Assembly (NCBI GenBank): GCA_963789815.1
Contig: CAWBMG010000002.1
Location: 132,886-196,885 of the forward strand
Source: an uncultured Acidobacteriota bacterium
GTDB taxonomy: Bacteria > Acidobacteriota > Vicinamibacteria > Vicinamibacterales > UBA2999
Reading direction: 5' to 3'
DNA: 64,000 nt
Part shown: one piece after another, positions 1 to 9,052 of the stretch
Layout: every line of letters begins with the position of its first letter
How positions within the stretch are numbered: position 1 is the stretch's first letter
Position numbers and translations under genes: made by a program
Notes under the pieces: generated by a model
Seen by the model: only the letters and a program-made list of their open reading frames with translations
Told to the model about the DNA's origin: nothing
Database searches by the model: none

Positions 1-530
1 AGGACCGCTTCGGCAGCGAAGTCCACGTTGCGGCCGCGCGCACCGGCGATCGACCTGGCGTAGGCGGCGACATCCGACGCTGCCTTCTTCGTCGTCGCAC
101 TTTCCACGACAGGGTTGGATCCGGAGACGGGATGCGCGGCCCCAGTGTGTGTGCCCGGTGCCATCACGGCGACGTCGGCCGCAAGGAGAAGCACGAATCC
201 GGCTGAGGCAGCACGTGCGCCGGCTGGTCCGACAAATACCACCACCGGGGCGTTGGAGCGGATCATTCGAGAGACCATCGCGCGAGTAGAGTCGAGCAGG
301 CCGCCGGGCGTCTTGAGAACAAGAACCACGAGGTCAGCCTTGGACATGTCGGCCATGTCTATGGCGCTCGTTAGAAACTCGGCGGAAACCTGGTGAATGA
401 TTCCGTCGATTTCCGCAACGACGACCACAGGCTGAGGGGCCGCCGGGGTCTGAGATTGGGCAGACGCGACCACACCGCAGAGGAAGAGCGCAGCAGGCAG
501 AAGGAGACACGCCCGGGGCACGCGAGGCAT
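1..530 (-). CDS. NfeD-like membrane-bound ClpP-class serine protease, N-terminal part (3' end runs off the window)
   Basis: The ORF is open at the window edge, so it is absent from the track. My minus-strand translation starts at the ATG (CAT 528-530): MPRVPRACLLLPAALFLCGVVASAQ (signal peptide), then VVVAEIDGIIHQVSAEFL...ADLVVLVLKTPGGLLDSTRAMV...PVVVFVGPAGARAASAGFVLLLAADVAVMAPGTHTGAAHPV. This matches the NfeD/SppA ClpP-fold core. Confidence 0.75.
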   Translation of the reverse strand, partial: MPRVPRACLLLPAALFLCGVVASAQSQTPAAPQPVVVVAEIDGIIHQVSAEFLTSAIDMADMSKADLVVLVLKTPGGLLDSTRAMVSRMIRSNAPVVVFVGPAGARAASAGFVLLLAADVAVMAPGTHTGAAHPVSGSNPVVESATTKKAASDVAAYARSIAGARGRNVDFAAEAV

Positions 531-631
531 TGTATGACTTGCGATCCGAGCAGGGCGAGGCTTCACCTGAACGACCGAAAAGGCTCGAGGACTGGCAATC
601 GGTGACTGAGTCGCCGTTACGCGACTAGTCG

Positions 632-1498
632 TTACGTTGCCGCTCTCACGGGCCGATGCGCCCGCAGAAAAGAGCGTATCTGGCGCACAGCCAAGGGAAT
701 TCGTTCCTTGGGCTCCTTCCAGGGAAAGATGCTCACTTCGGCCTTCGGCGCGAGCATCGCGGACTCCATGGCAACGGCGTACGGGTGCGCCGGGATGTCG
801 TCCGGAAGAACGAGTAAGGGCGTCTGGCAGGAACGCACGAAATCGCGCGTCACGGTGAAAACAAAGTCGGCGTTGGAGCGATACATCTTGCTCAGGAACT
901 TGTCGACCATCGCCATCGTGATCTCGGGCCGGCGGGCGACCAGCGCTGGGCCCCAGCCCGTGATGTTGTTCTGGTAGAAGAGGTCGGGCATCTCCGGACG
1001 GAATCCGCTGGGCTGCGCTAGCACGGCAGCGACGATACGCGTGGGCGCCCGCCGCAACAGGTTCCAGATGAAGGGGCCGCCAATGCAGAAGCCCATCACC
1101 ATGAACTCCTTGATGCCCAGATGATCCATCAGGCCGAGCTGGTCATCGGCGTACGCGTCCCAGGGCCGGTCGATTTCAAGCGGGCCGGTGGACTGGCCGC
1201 CTTCGGCGTTGCGCAGGTCCATCGTGATGCAGCGGTACTCGTGCTTGAACTCCTCGATCGCGTTGAACGGCGAGTTTCCGGTGAAGAAGGAGATGGTCGA
1301 GTTCAAACCGCCGCCGGCGATGAGTAACAACGGGAAACCGGAGCCGGTCTCTTCGTAGTGGATGCGGACGTTGCCTTTTTCGTAGAACGGCATGGCGGTT
1401 CCTCCTTGCCCAGTGCGCTGTTGCGCAAACGCGCGCGCAGTGGCTAACGCCGCCGCCGCAGCGCCCGCCGTCAGTAGGGTGCGTCTGGTCGAATCCAC
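632..1498 (-). CDS. Tat-exported alpha/beta hydrolase with a Cys nucleophile elbow
   Basis: 288-aa ORF. Twin-arginine signal MDSTRRTLLTAGAAAAALATARAFAQ. Alpha/beta-hydrolase hallmarks GFPLLLIAGGG and nucleophile elbow MGFCIGG, with Cys in the G-x-Nu-x-G position as in dienelactone hydrolases. Confidence 0.7.
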   Translation of the reverse strand: MDSTRRTLLTAGAAAAALATARAFAQQRTGQGGTAMPFYEKGNVRIHYEETGSGFPLLLIAGGGLNSTISFFTGNSPFNAIEEFKHEYRCITMDLRNAEGGQSTGPLEIDRPWDAYADDQLGLMDHLGIKEFMVMGFCIGGPFIWNLLRRAPTRIVAAVLAQPSGFRPEMPDLFYQNNITGWGPALVARRPEITMAMVDKFLSKMYRSNADFVFTVTRDFVRSCQTPLLVLPDDIPAHPYAVAMESAMLAPKAEVSIFPWKEPKERIPLAVRQIRSFLRAHRPVRAAT

Positions 1499-1709
1499 AT
1501 TGAGCTCCCTTCTCTATAAACGACGCGTTCCGGCACCACGTGCTCAAAGCGCCTGCGCGGATGACAGATTGTTCCGGAGCGGCGGCAGAGTCAAGTGTCA
1601 TCTTGCTTTCAAAACACCTTCCTCCCCGTAGTCAGCACAATGGACATCGAGGGGCACTCAAACTGAAGCGCTGCCATTTTCTGGTTCGTGGTGTCTAACG
1701 AGATAGGAC

Positions 1710-2867
1710 ATGGAGTTCACTCACTTCGTTCAATTGATTGCCATTGGGCTGCAGGCGCGCATCCCAATGCACATGACCGGCTTTCCTGGCGTCGGGAAGA
1801 CCGAGTTCACCAAGAGCCTCGAGGCGGGATTCACGCGTGCGGGCGTGAAGTGCAAGGTCTTCATCCTGATTGGGTCCATTCGTGAGCCGCAGGACTTCGG
1901 CGGCTTTCCGGTGTCGACGCCGGATGGGGTGCGCCTGTTGCCGATGGCGTGGGCGCGTGACGCCAAGCGGCTTGCCGAGGACGGATACATGGTCGTCATC
2001 TTTCTCGATGAACTGACGACGGTGCCGCCGACGACGCAGGCTGCCATGTTGCGTCTGCTGACCGAAAACGTCTGCGGTGAGCTGCAGCTGCCGGATTACG
2101 AACCCGAGAAAGGCGGCGTCGTCTATCTGTGCGCCAGTAACGCGGTCGAGTGGGCGGCCGGCGGACAAGAAGTCCAGGCGCCGATGGCGAACCGGTTGTG
2201 GCATGGCGAGTTCCCCATGGACCACGAAACCTGGTGCGAGATGATGGTGAGCGACTTCCCCCCTCCCAGCAATCTGCCGGTGCTGCCGGCCGATTACCTG
2301 CGCACTCACCATCATCGGCAACGGGCACTGATTGCCGCGTACGTGAGGGCGGCGGGGCGCGATGCCTGGTTGGCACCTCCAGACGATCCGGCGCGGCGCA
2401 GCGGCCCTTGGCCCTCAGGTCGGACTTGGTATCTCGCGTCACGAATGCTCGCCGCCATCGAAGCGGTGTCACCTGGCAATCGGTTGCTCTATGGGGCAGC
2501 GCTTGCCGGACTCGTCGGCGACCAGGCCATGCCATTCCTCGAGTACAGCGAGACACTGAACCTGCCGGATCCTGAAGACATCCTGAAGAACCCACGCAGC
2601 CTCGTGCTGCCGGACCGGACCGATCGGGCGTATGCCGTGTGTTACTCGCTCGTCGGCGCCGTCCTCAATAACAACACACCAGAGCGATGGCAGGCAGCGT
2701 TGATCGCGCTCGGCGTCGCGTGCGCGAAGAACGCAGACATTCCGACGGCGGCCGCGCGCACGCTGTGCGACAAGCGGAACCGTCCCGAAGGGGCCATCAA
2801 GCTGCCCGACGAGTGCCGGCCGTTCTACGAACTGATGCAGCTGGCGAAGGTTCTGCCGAGGGACTGA
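1710..2867 (+). CDS. AAA+ ATPase, MoxR/AAA_5-like
   Basis: 385-aa ORF. Walker A GFPGVGKT, Walker B VVIFLDELT, sensor-like CASN, then a helical C-terminal region of about 180 aa. The stop at 2865-2867 lies 2 nt before the next ATG. Confidence 0.75.
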   Translation: MEFTHFVQLIAIGLQARIPMHMTGFPGVGKTEFTKSLEAGFTRAGVKCKVFILIGSIREPQDFGGFPVSTPDGVRLLPMAWARDAKRLAEDGYMVVIFLDELTTVPPTTQAAMLRLLTENVCGELQLPDYEPEKGGVVYLCASNAVEWAAGGQEVQAPMANRLWHGEFPMDHETWCEMMVSDFPPPSNLPVLPADYLRTHHHRQRALIAAYVRAAGRDAWLAPPDDPARRSGPWPSGRTWYLASRMLAAIEAVSPGNRLLYGAALAGLVGDQAMPFLEYSETLNLPDPEDILKNPRSLVLPDRTDRAYAVCYSLVGAVLNNNTPERWQAALIALGVACAKNADIPTAAARTLCDKRNRPEGAIKLPDECRPFYELMQLAKVLPRD

Positions 2868-2869
2868 CC

Positions 2870-4180
2870 ATGCTGAGCCGGCTCGCTGAGTTGATTCGCG
2901 GCCTGGAACGACGTGGCGACGGGTACTCGCGCGCGTTTCAGGCAGCACGTGTGCGGGCGTCGTATCAGCGCGCCTACTTCGCGCCGGCGCTCTTCAATTT
3001 GATTCCGGTCAAGACCGACTTGATCCGCAGCATGGCGGTCGACTCGCGCTGGCGCCTCTATTACAACGACGACTGGGTGGCGGCGCACACCGTGGAAGAG
3101 AACGCGGCCGTACTGATACACGAGGTCAGCCATCTGTTGCGCGCGCACGAGGCGCGAAAGCAAGCGGCGGCCGTCAGGGACGAAACGCTCTGGAACACTG
3201 CGGCCGATTGTGAAATCAACGACGATCTCATCGCGGAGGGGCTGCCACTGCCCGGCGATCCGCCGCAACCCGGCCAGTACGGATTGAAGACTGGCGAAAA
3301 CGCCGAGACCTACTACCGCCAGCTGCTTAAGCCAGCTCAATCGGCCAAAGCGGTCCAGGGCGCAGAAGGGCCTCCGCCACCAGCCCAAGACTGCGGTTCC
3401 GGCGCCCACGGCGAACAGCGACCGTGGGAGTTGCCCGATGACGATGGCAGCCCGGGCGGGGTGCCGGGGGTGGATCCGGTCAAGGCAGAGCTCGTGCGGC
3501 GCGACGTCGCTGAACGCATCCTGGACCACTCGACCGATGTCGGCGAGATCCCGCTTGGCTGGCGCCGATGGGCGCGCACCTACCTGACGCCGAAGGTGGA
3601 CTACATGGCCACCATTCGCCACGCGGTGCGCAAGGCCCTGCGGGAAAGCACCCTCGGGAGGTACGACCGCACGTACAACCGGCCGCATCGCCGGCAGGCG
3701 TGTTACGGCGAGTTCATCATGTCGTCGTTTCACCAGCCCCGGCCGAGACCGGGGTTTCTGATCGACACGTCAGGCTCGATGGAGGATACGCAGCTGGCGA
3801 GAGCCGTTGCCGAGCTCGGCGGATTGACGCGTCAGCTGGGTTACAGCACCGACGTGATCGTCGTGTGCTGCGACGCCGTCGTCCACGACGTGAAAAGGGT
3901 GTTCACGGCCGCGCAGTTGGAGTTGTACGGTGGCGGCGGCACCGACATCGGCGCCGGGCTGCGCTGGTTCACCGAGCAGAAACGGGCTCCAATCGACCTC
4001 CTCGTCGTCGTCAGCGATTGCTATACCCCGTGGCCACAGGAGGCCCCTCCGTTTCCGGTGATCACGATCCGGGTCGGCGATGGCCCACCGCCGCCCTGGG
4101 GGGATCGAGGCGCCAACAAAATCATTACAATCGAGGAGCCACCGACCGAGGTTGCTCTCGTTCGTGGCGGAAGGAGCTAG
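2870..4180 (+). CDS. HExxH putative metallopeptidase domain fused to a vWA domain (DUF2201_N + DUF2201 / COG3864-like)
   Basis: Start moved to ATG 2870, within track ORF 2687..4180. N-terminal LIHEVSHLLRAHE followed by NTAADCEINDD. C-terminal vWA with MIDAS-like FLIDTSGSM and LLVVVSDC. Confidence 0.75.
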   Translation: MLSRLAELIRGLERRGDGYSRAFQAARVRASYQRAYFAPALFNLIPVKTDLIRSMAVDSRWRLYYNDDWVAAHTVEENAAVLIHEVSHLLRAHEARKQAAAVRDETLWNTAADCEINDDLIAEGLPLPGDPPQPGQYGLKTGENAETYYRQLLKPAQSAKAVQGAEGPPPPAQDCGSGAHGEQRPWELPDDDGSPGGVPGVDPVKAELVRRDVAERILDHSTDVGEIPLGWRRWARTYLTPKVDYMATIRHAVRKALRESTLGRYDRTYNRPHRRQACYGEFIMSSFHQPRPRPGFLIDTSGSMEDTQLARAVAELGGLTRQLGYSTDVIVVCCDAVVHDVKRVFTAAQLELYGGGGTDIGAGLRWFTEQKRAPIDLLVVVSDCYTPWPQEAPPFPVITIRVGDGPPPPWGDRGANKIITIEEPPTEVALVRGGRS

Positions 4181-4182
4181 AC

Positions 4183-4770
4183 ATGGCGGGCGCGTCGATG
4201 CCCGGAATGGGCCCGTGGAATCGACGTCCGCTGACGATTCCCCCGAACTCGATGCAGGCCTGGCTCAGGCTCGCCATCTGGGAGCTCTGGATGGGCATGC
4301 TCGTGTGTGTCATCCTCGGCTTCGGCCTCCTCCTCATCAACTCGTCGCCCGATCGCATCCTCGCTGTGTCGGACCTCACGAACTGCTACGGGCCGCCTCC
4401 TGTCGCGCTCCCCTGCGAACGGATCGTCTATCGAGGCGGCGCGCTGAATGCCGCGTTCACCGCGCTCATCGGGCTGATGCTGATTGGCGTCGCCGCGTGG
4501 TTCTTGTGGGAGTTGTGGAACGCCGTAGAGCCGAAGCCCATCACCGACGATTTCTTGCGGTTGCTCAACGACTCGTTTGGCCGCGACTGGCTCAATCCGC
4601 TCACCTGGCCGTGGTCGCGAGTGCTATTGGCGTACGGCTTCACCGTTGTGGGCGCAACGTTGACCGCGGGGGTCGGCGTGATGATCTGGATGCTCGTGGC
4701 CTCGTCCTACCCCGCAAAGGCACCGACCGCCCGAATTGAAACGTCACAGAGCTTCAGGCTGGGCCAGTAG
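4183..4770 (+). CDS. Small polytopic membrane protein (3-4 TM), unknown family
   Basis: Same frame as track ORF 3568..4770, but only the part after ATG 4183 (preceded by GGAAGGAG) is free of overlap with the vWA gene. Hydrophobic helices include LAIWELWMGMLVCVILGFGLLLI, FTALIGLMLIGVAAWFLWELW and LLAYGFTVVGATLTAGVGVMIWMLV. Confidence 0.55.
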   Translation: MAGASMPGMGPWNRRPLTIPPNSMQAWLRLAIWELWMGMLVCVILGFGLLLINSSPDRILAVSDLTNCYGPPPVALPCERIVYRGGALNAAFTALIGLMLIGVAAWFLWELWNAVEPKPITDDFLRLLNDSFGRDWLNPLTWPWSRVLLAYGFTVVGATLTAGVGVMIWMLVASSYPAKAPTARIETSQSFRLGQ

Positions 4771-4791
4771 CACTCGACCTTCGCGCTTGGT

Positions 4792-4989
4792 TTACCGGTC
4801 CCACCGGCGCTGTCCGAGCGGTGGAGGCTTCTCTACCTGCCACACTCGACCACAGGCTCTGCACTTGAAGTACAGCAAGTACGTCGTCCGTGTTGTAAGT
4901 CGAACGTCGTTGCCGGAGGCACTACACGTCGGACACGGCGGACTCGGCGGCCGCGTCTTGTCTCGTCGGTCAGAACTCTGTCTGGACAT
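4792..4989 (-). CDS. Small zinc-ribbon protein (hypothetical)
   Basis: 65-aa ORF with two CxxC pairs (CPTC ... CRAC). Convergent with 4183..4770. Coding status is uncertain because of its size. Confidence 0.4.
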   Translation of the reverse strand: MSRQSSDRRDKTRPPSPPCPTCSASGNDVRLTTRTTYLLYFKCRACGRVWQVEKPPPLGQRRWDR

Positions 4990-5182
4990 CTGGACTCGAT
5001 CCGATTCGGGTGACGGTTAGTGACGCTTCGTGAGTCGCTATGCCCGCGTAAGCAATAGTGGGCAGCAAAGCAGCCACCCAAAATGTTTCGGCAGCGGATG
5101 CTACATTCGATATGACGGGGTAACATGCCAGGCGCAAAGTAAGGAGATTCGCGGCGAGAATCGTTCTTTCGCGGAGGTCACG

Positions 5183-5653
5183 ATGAGATCCATGGCAGCG
5201 ACCAACCGATTGATCTGCAGCCTCGCGTTCCTGTCAGCGGTGGGTTGGGCCAGTCAAGCGCACGCACAAATCCCCGTCGGCAATTGGGTAAGGACCGACG
5301 CCCAAGCCAATGGCCTCACTATGACGGTCGAGGCGTGCTGCAACGGCGGACTTCGCCTTATCTACCATGTGCCGATCACTGGCCAGCCACCAATGACCGT
5401 GACGGTTGATTCGCCAATGAATGGGACAGAGGTGCCGTCGCTGGTCAATGGCAAACCGACCGGACAGACAATGGCGATCACTCGTGTGGACGCTCGTCAC
5501 TACACTGGCATTGTGAAGATGGGCGGCAAGCTGTATGGAACGTCCACCAGCACACTGTCGGCGGACGGCAAGTCGATCACGGTCGAGAGCGTCAGCCAGG
5601 CAGTGGCGGGATCCAAGGCTGAAAAGGCCATCGAGACGTGGGTGCGGAAATAG
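5183..5653 (+). CDS. Secreted hypothetical protein
   Basis: Start moved to ATG 5183 (GGAGG at 5173-5177). Signal peptide MRSMAATNRLICSLAFLSAVGWASQAHAQ. No family recognised. Confidence 0.5.
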   Translation: MRSMAATNRLICSLAFLSAVGWASQAHAQIPVGNWVRTDAQANGLTMTVEACCNGGLRLIYHVPITGQPPMTVTVDSPMNGTEVPSLVNGKPTGQTMAITRVDARHYTGIVKMGGKLYGTSTSTLSADGKSITVESVSQAVAGSKAEKAIETWVRK

Positions 5654-7947
5654 AGGCGCGGGAACTGCGCGCCGTTTCCTCCCTCATCGTTTCAATCGTA
5701 TGTCTTGCCGGACCGGCACTCGCGCAAACTGGGCCCGTCGCGGGCATCGTCATCGATGACCGCACTGAACAGCCAATCCGCGGCGTGCTGGTCTATATCG
5801 AAAACCAGTCGATTGCGACCGAGACGGATCTGAGTGGACGATTCAACCTGTCCGTGCCGATCGGACGACAGACAATCGCCGCCTCAGTGATTGGTTACGC
5901 GCTTCTGCGCGCCGACATCGACGTTGCGGCCGTGCCCGTAGACATGACCATTCGACTCTCTGAGGGTTCCGGTGCGTACACAGAGCGGGTGACCGTGTCG
6001 GGCAGCCTCAACGCCGAAGCTGATTCGGTGCCGGGAAGCACGTCGCTTCACGGTCGTGAGCTGGAAAATCTGCGCGGCTCGATTCTCGACGATCCGTTGC
6101 GTGCAATCCAGGCGCTACCTTCAGCGACCGCAACAGACGACTTCTATAGCGAGTTCGCCGTTCGCGGCAATTCGTTCCGGCACGTGGGACTCGTCGTTGA
6201 CGGGATTCCGACGCGGTATCTGATGCACAACGCCGTCAATGGCATCACCGATGGCGGGTCAATCGCGATGATCAACAGCGAGATTCTTGGCAGCGTGTCG
6301 CTGCTCCCAGGAAGTTATCCGCAACGAACGGGCCGCCGGATCGGCGCCGAGGTCGACCTGGCGACCCGCGACGGCAACCGCGAGGAGTTCCGCGGACGCG
6401 CGGGCTTGAGTGGTACGAGCGCGACGTTTGTCGGGGAAGGGCCGATTGCCCACGGCCGAGGGACGTGGCTCGCATCGGTTCGACGCAGCTATCTCGACTA
6501 CTTGATCAAGCGAATTGATCGCGAGGCGGGCTTTGCGTTCGGATTCGTGGACGCGCAGACGAAAGTGGTGTACGACCTCACTGCACGCCATCAACTGTCC
6601 GTGACGGTGCTGCTCGGCCGCGCCGCGTTTGAGGAAGGCGCGCCGGATGTAGATGAGAACGACGTTGGCACGGCTGGCAGCGACGCGTGGCTCACGTCGG
6701 CATCGTGGCGGTACACGCCTGGCCCGCGCTTCGCGGTATCGCAGCGTCTGTATTCAACCGGCCTCCGGTTCGACAACGACAACCGCGCCGGCGCGACGCT
6801 GGATGCCGCGCGGTTCAACGAAGTTGGATGGCGTGCCGATGCTTCGTTTTCACCGGCACCACACTGGGTCGTAGAATTCGGCGGCGACGCACAACGGCTA
6901 GGCGGCCGGAGCGTCCTCTCGCGAAAGCTGTCGGACACCGGTGGCCAGGTCACGCTGAACCGTTACGACGAGCGCGCCGCTGCTGCCTCGGCCTACGCAC
7001 AGGTACGTATCGGTCTTGCCTCGCGACTCACCGTCACGCCGGGAGGCCGGATCGACCACTGGACGTTGACGGGTTCGACAACCGCGTCTCCGTGGGTCAA
7101 CGCGGTGCTGCGGCTCAACGACCGCACGCGCTTGCGCGCAGGCGGCGGTCTGTATCACCAGTTTTCCGATCTCGACCAGGTTCACGGCATCCGCGGCGGG
7201 GGGCGCGACCTGCGTCCGGAACGCGCGCGGCACATCGATGCGGGGATTGAACACACACTGCCGCACCAGACGCGGATCCTTCTCAATGTCTACACTCGTC
7301 TCGAAACGGACGTGTTGTGGACGCCAGGTTCCGAGCCGCAGCCCTCGTCGAACGGCACGATCCGTCCCGGCTTCGGCGACGCGCCCTGGGCCAATGCACT
7401 AACCGGGCGAGCCCGCGGCGCTGAAATCGTCCTGCGCCGCGACGCGGCGAACGGTTTCTCCGGATGGGCGGGCTACGCCTACGGTCGCCTGAGGTATTCG
7501 TACCCGCAGACCGGCGAAACGTTCTGGGCAGACGCTGATCAGCGGCACACGCTGTCCCTATACGGGAACTATCGTCTCTCCAGCCGGACCAGCCTCAGCG
7601 CGAAGTACCGGTACGGTTCGAACTACCCCCTCATCGGTTACATCGGGGAACCGCCAGCCGGCTCAGGCCCCGCACCCGAGGTCGATGGCCGTCCGTTGTA
7701 TTTTGGACTAGTGAGCGAGCGCAATACACTGCGCCTGCCGGCATACTCCCGCTTGGACGCCCGCGCGGATCGCGCATTCAACTGGTCGGGCCGTCGACTC
7801 GTATTGTTCGTAGAGGTCGGGAACATCCTGAACCATGAGAACCTGCGCAACACACCCTATTTCGTCGACCGCGCCGGACGAGTGTTCGGGGTTACCCAAT
7901 CGCTGATGCCCATCGTGCCGTCCGCCGGACTCGTGATCGAGTTCTGA
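5638..7947 (+). CDS. TonB-dependent receptor with N-terminal CarboxypepD_reg-like domain
   Basis: 769-aa ORF. Signal peptide, then GIVIDDRTEQPIRGVLVYIENQSIATETDLSGRFNL (carboxypeptidase-regulatory-like). Plug-like DDPLRAIQALPSATATDDFYSEFAVRGNSFRHVGLVVDGIP. Long barrel ending in aromatic GLVIEF. Confidence 0.8.
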   Translation: MGAEIEARELRAVSSLIVSIVCLAGPALAQTGPVAGIVIDDRTEQPIRGVLVYIENQSIATETDLSGRFNLSVPIGRQTIAASVIGYALLRADIDVAAVPVDMTIRLSEGSGAYTERVTVSGSLNAEADSVPGSTSLHGRELENLRGSILDDPLRAIQALPSATATDDFYSEFAVRGNSFRHVGLVVDGIPTRYLMHNAVNGITDGGSIAMINSEILGSVSLLPGSYPQRTGRRIGAEVDLATRDGNREEFRGRAGLSGTSATFVGEGPIAHGRGTWLASVRRSYLDYLIKRIDREAGFAFGFVDAQTKVVYDLTARHQLSVTVLLGRAAFEEGAPDVDENDVGTAGSDAWLTSASWRYTPGPRFAVSQRLYSTGLRFDNDNRAGATLDAARFNEVGWRADASFSPAPHWVVEFGGDAQRLGGRSVLSRKLSDTGGQVTLNRYDERAAAASAYAQVRIGLASRLTVTPGGRIDHWTLTGSTTASPWVNAVLRLNDRTRLRAGGGLYHQFSDLDQVHGIRGGGRDLRPERARHIDAGIEHTLPHQTRILLNVYTRLETDVLWTPGSEPQPSSNGTIRPGFGDAPWANALTGRARGAEIVLRRDAANGFSGWAGYAYGRLRYSYPQTGETFWADADQRHTLSLYGNYRLSSRTSLSAKYRYGSNYPLIGYIGEPPAGSGPAPEVDGRPLYFGLVSERNTLRLPAYSRLDARADRAFNWSGRRLVLFVEVGNILNHENLRNTPYFVDRAGRVFGVTQSLMPIVPSAGLVIEF

Positions 7948-8945
7948 TCTTCCTGAAAGCCCGAAGCGGCGACTCGGTGAGGCGTGCGCACTAAGGCGAT
8001 CATCACTCCTCCACGAATCGGAACGGGCATCAGCGCGTATTCGGATCGGCCATGCCGGCCGACGACGGTCCATCCCGTCGCCATGCCAAGCGCAGAGCCA
8101 AACACCACATCGCTCAAGAAATGGCGGTTGTCGTGGAGACGCGACGTGGCGACGTACGCCGCAAGGACAAAAGTTGGCCAGGCGGCGCGGTAACCGAGAT
8201 GCCGTTCGAGCACCGCTGCGGTGGCGAACGTTGCGGAGGCGTGCCCTGACGGAAACGAGCAGCACTCGCCCGTTGGGCGATCCCGCTGGCCGATGAGCTT
8301 GATGCCCTGCGTAAACGCCTGCGACACGATGAGCGCTCGAACGAGGTCAAACCCGAGGTGCGAGACCTTGTTGCTCTTCGATTCGCCCTCATGCGGAAGC
8401 ACCCATCGCCCGATCACGTAGAGGCCGACGGCCGTCCCACCTTGCACCCACACGGAGCCGATCCATTTGCCTGGCGCGAAGAATTTCCCGGCCGCGTCCG
8501 ATCCCGCAAGGTCAGCGTTCACGTCGTCGTCGAGAGGATGGGCCAGCGCAGCGCCTGCAGCGCCAGTGGCCAGAATCATCCATGTGGATCGTCGGCGTGG
8601 GAACGCCTTGAAGTCGTTGCCGGTTTCATACAGCAGGGCCTTGAAGCCCGTGTGGCGCGGCTCGGGCGGTTTGGCGCCTGGTTGCTGCACGCTCAGAGCG
8701 GAATCGGAGGCCGAGATGGAGTTCCTGCATGCCTGGTCGCAGACAGGTCTGCGCAACTCGTCGCGTCGAACAATGTCCTTCTCGGAAGCTATCGGCCCTT
8801 GGCTGAACAGATTTCCGTATGGGTCTCTGTCGCTGAGATTTCCGGCCAGGTCTTGCGCGCCGACTTCAGCCGAGAAGACCAGAGTCGAGTAAGCGACCAA
8901 CGCAGCGACCCGCGATATCACCGAGGGCACTCCTGGTCTGGGCAA
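7857..8945 (-). CDS. PAP2-family phosphatase (secreted/membrane)
   Basis: 362-aa ORF with signal peptide. PAP2 motifs KLIGQRDRP, SFPSGHAS and SRLHDNRHFLSDV. Confidence 0.8.
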   Translation of the reverse strand: MPRPGVPSVISRVAALVAYSTLVFSAEVGAQDLAGNLSDRDPYGNLFSQGPIASEKDIVRRDELRRPVCDQACRNSISASDSALSVQQPGAKPPEPRHTGFKALLYETGNDFKAFPRRRSTWMILATGAAGAALAHPLDDDVNADLAGSDAAGKFFAPGKWIGSVWVQGGTAVGLYVIGRWVLPHEGESKSNKVSHLGFDLVRALIVSQAFTQGIKLIGQRDRPTGECCSFPSGHASATFATAAVLERHLGYRAAWPTFVLAAYVATSRLHDNRHFLSDVVFGSALGMATGWTVVGRHGRSEYALMPVPIRGGVMIALVRTPHRVAASGFQEDQNSITSPADGTMGISDWVTPNTRPARSTK

Positions 8946-9052
8946 GGCCGGAATCCAGTCATAGCGGCGACACTAGCATAAGAATTGACTGATGAACGTT
9001 AGATGACAGCTGGTGGCACGAGATCAACGCAAAGGCTCCGTGCTAAATTCCG

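Noticed and set aside
3568-4182. N-terminal 205 codons of track ORF 3568..4770
   Set aside because: They overlap the vWA gene out of frame and have an Arg/Pro-rich composition. A good ATG with a GGAGG-type site at 4183 starts the hydrophobic protein.
7857-7947. 91-nt overlap of the convergent 3' ends of the TonB receptor and PAP2 genes
   Set aside because: The receptor ends in a canonical aromatic terminus. The PAP2 tail after its last motif is low-complexity and probably just runs on until the first stop in GC-rich sequence. There is no evidence of functional significance.
9014-9030. TGGCAC strings as sigma-54 -24 elements (9014, also 34850, 45158 and the reverse strand near 14845)
   Set aside because: None has a TTGC -12 element at the required spacing, and several lie inside coding regions.
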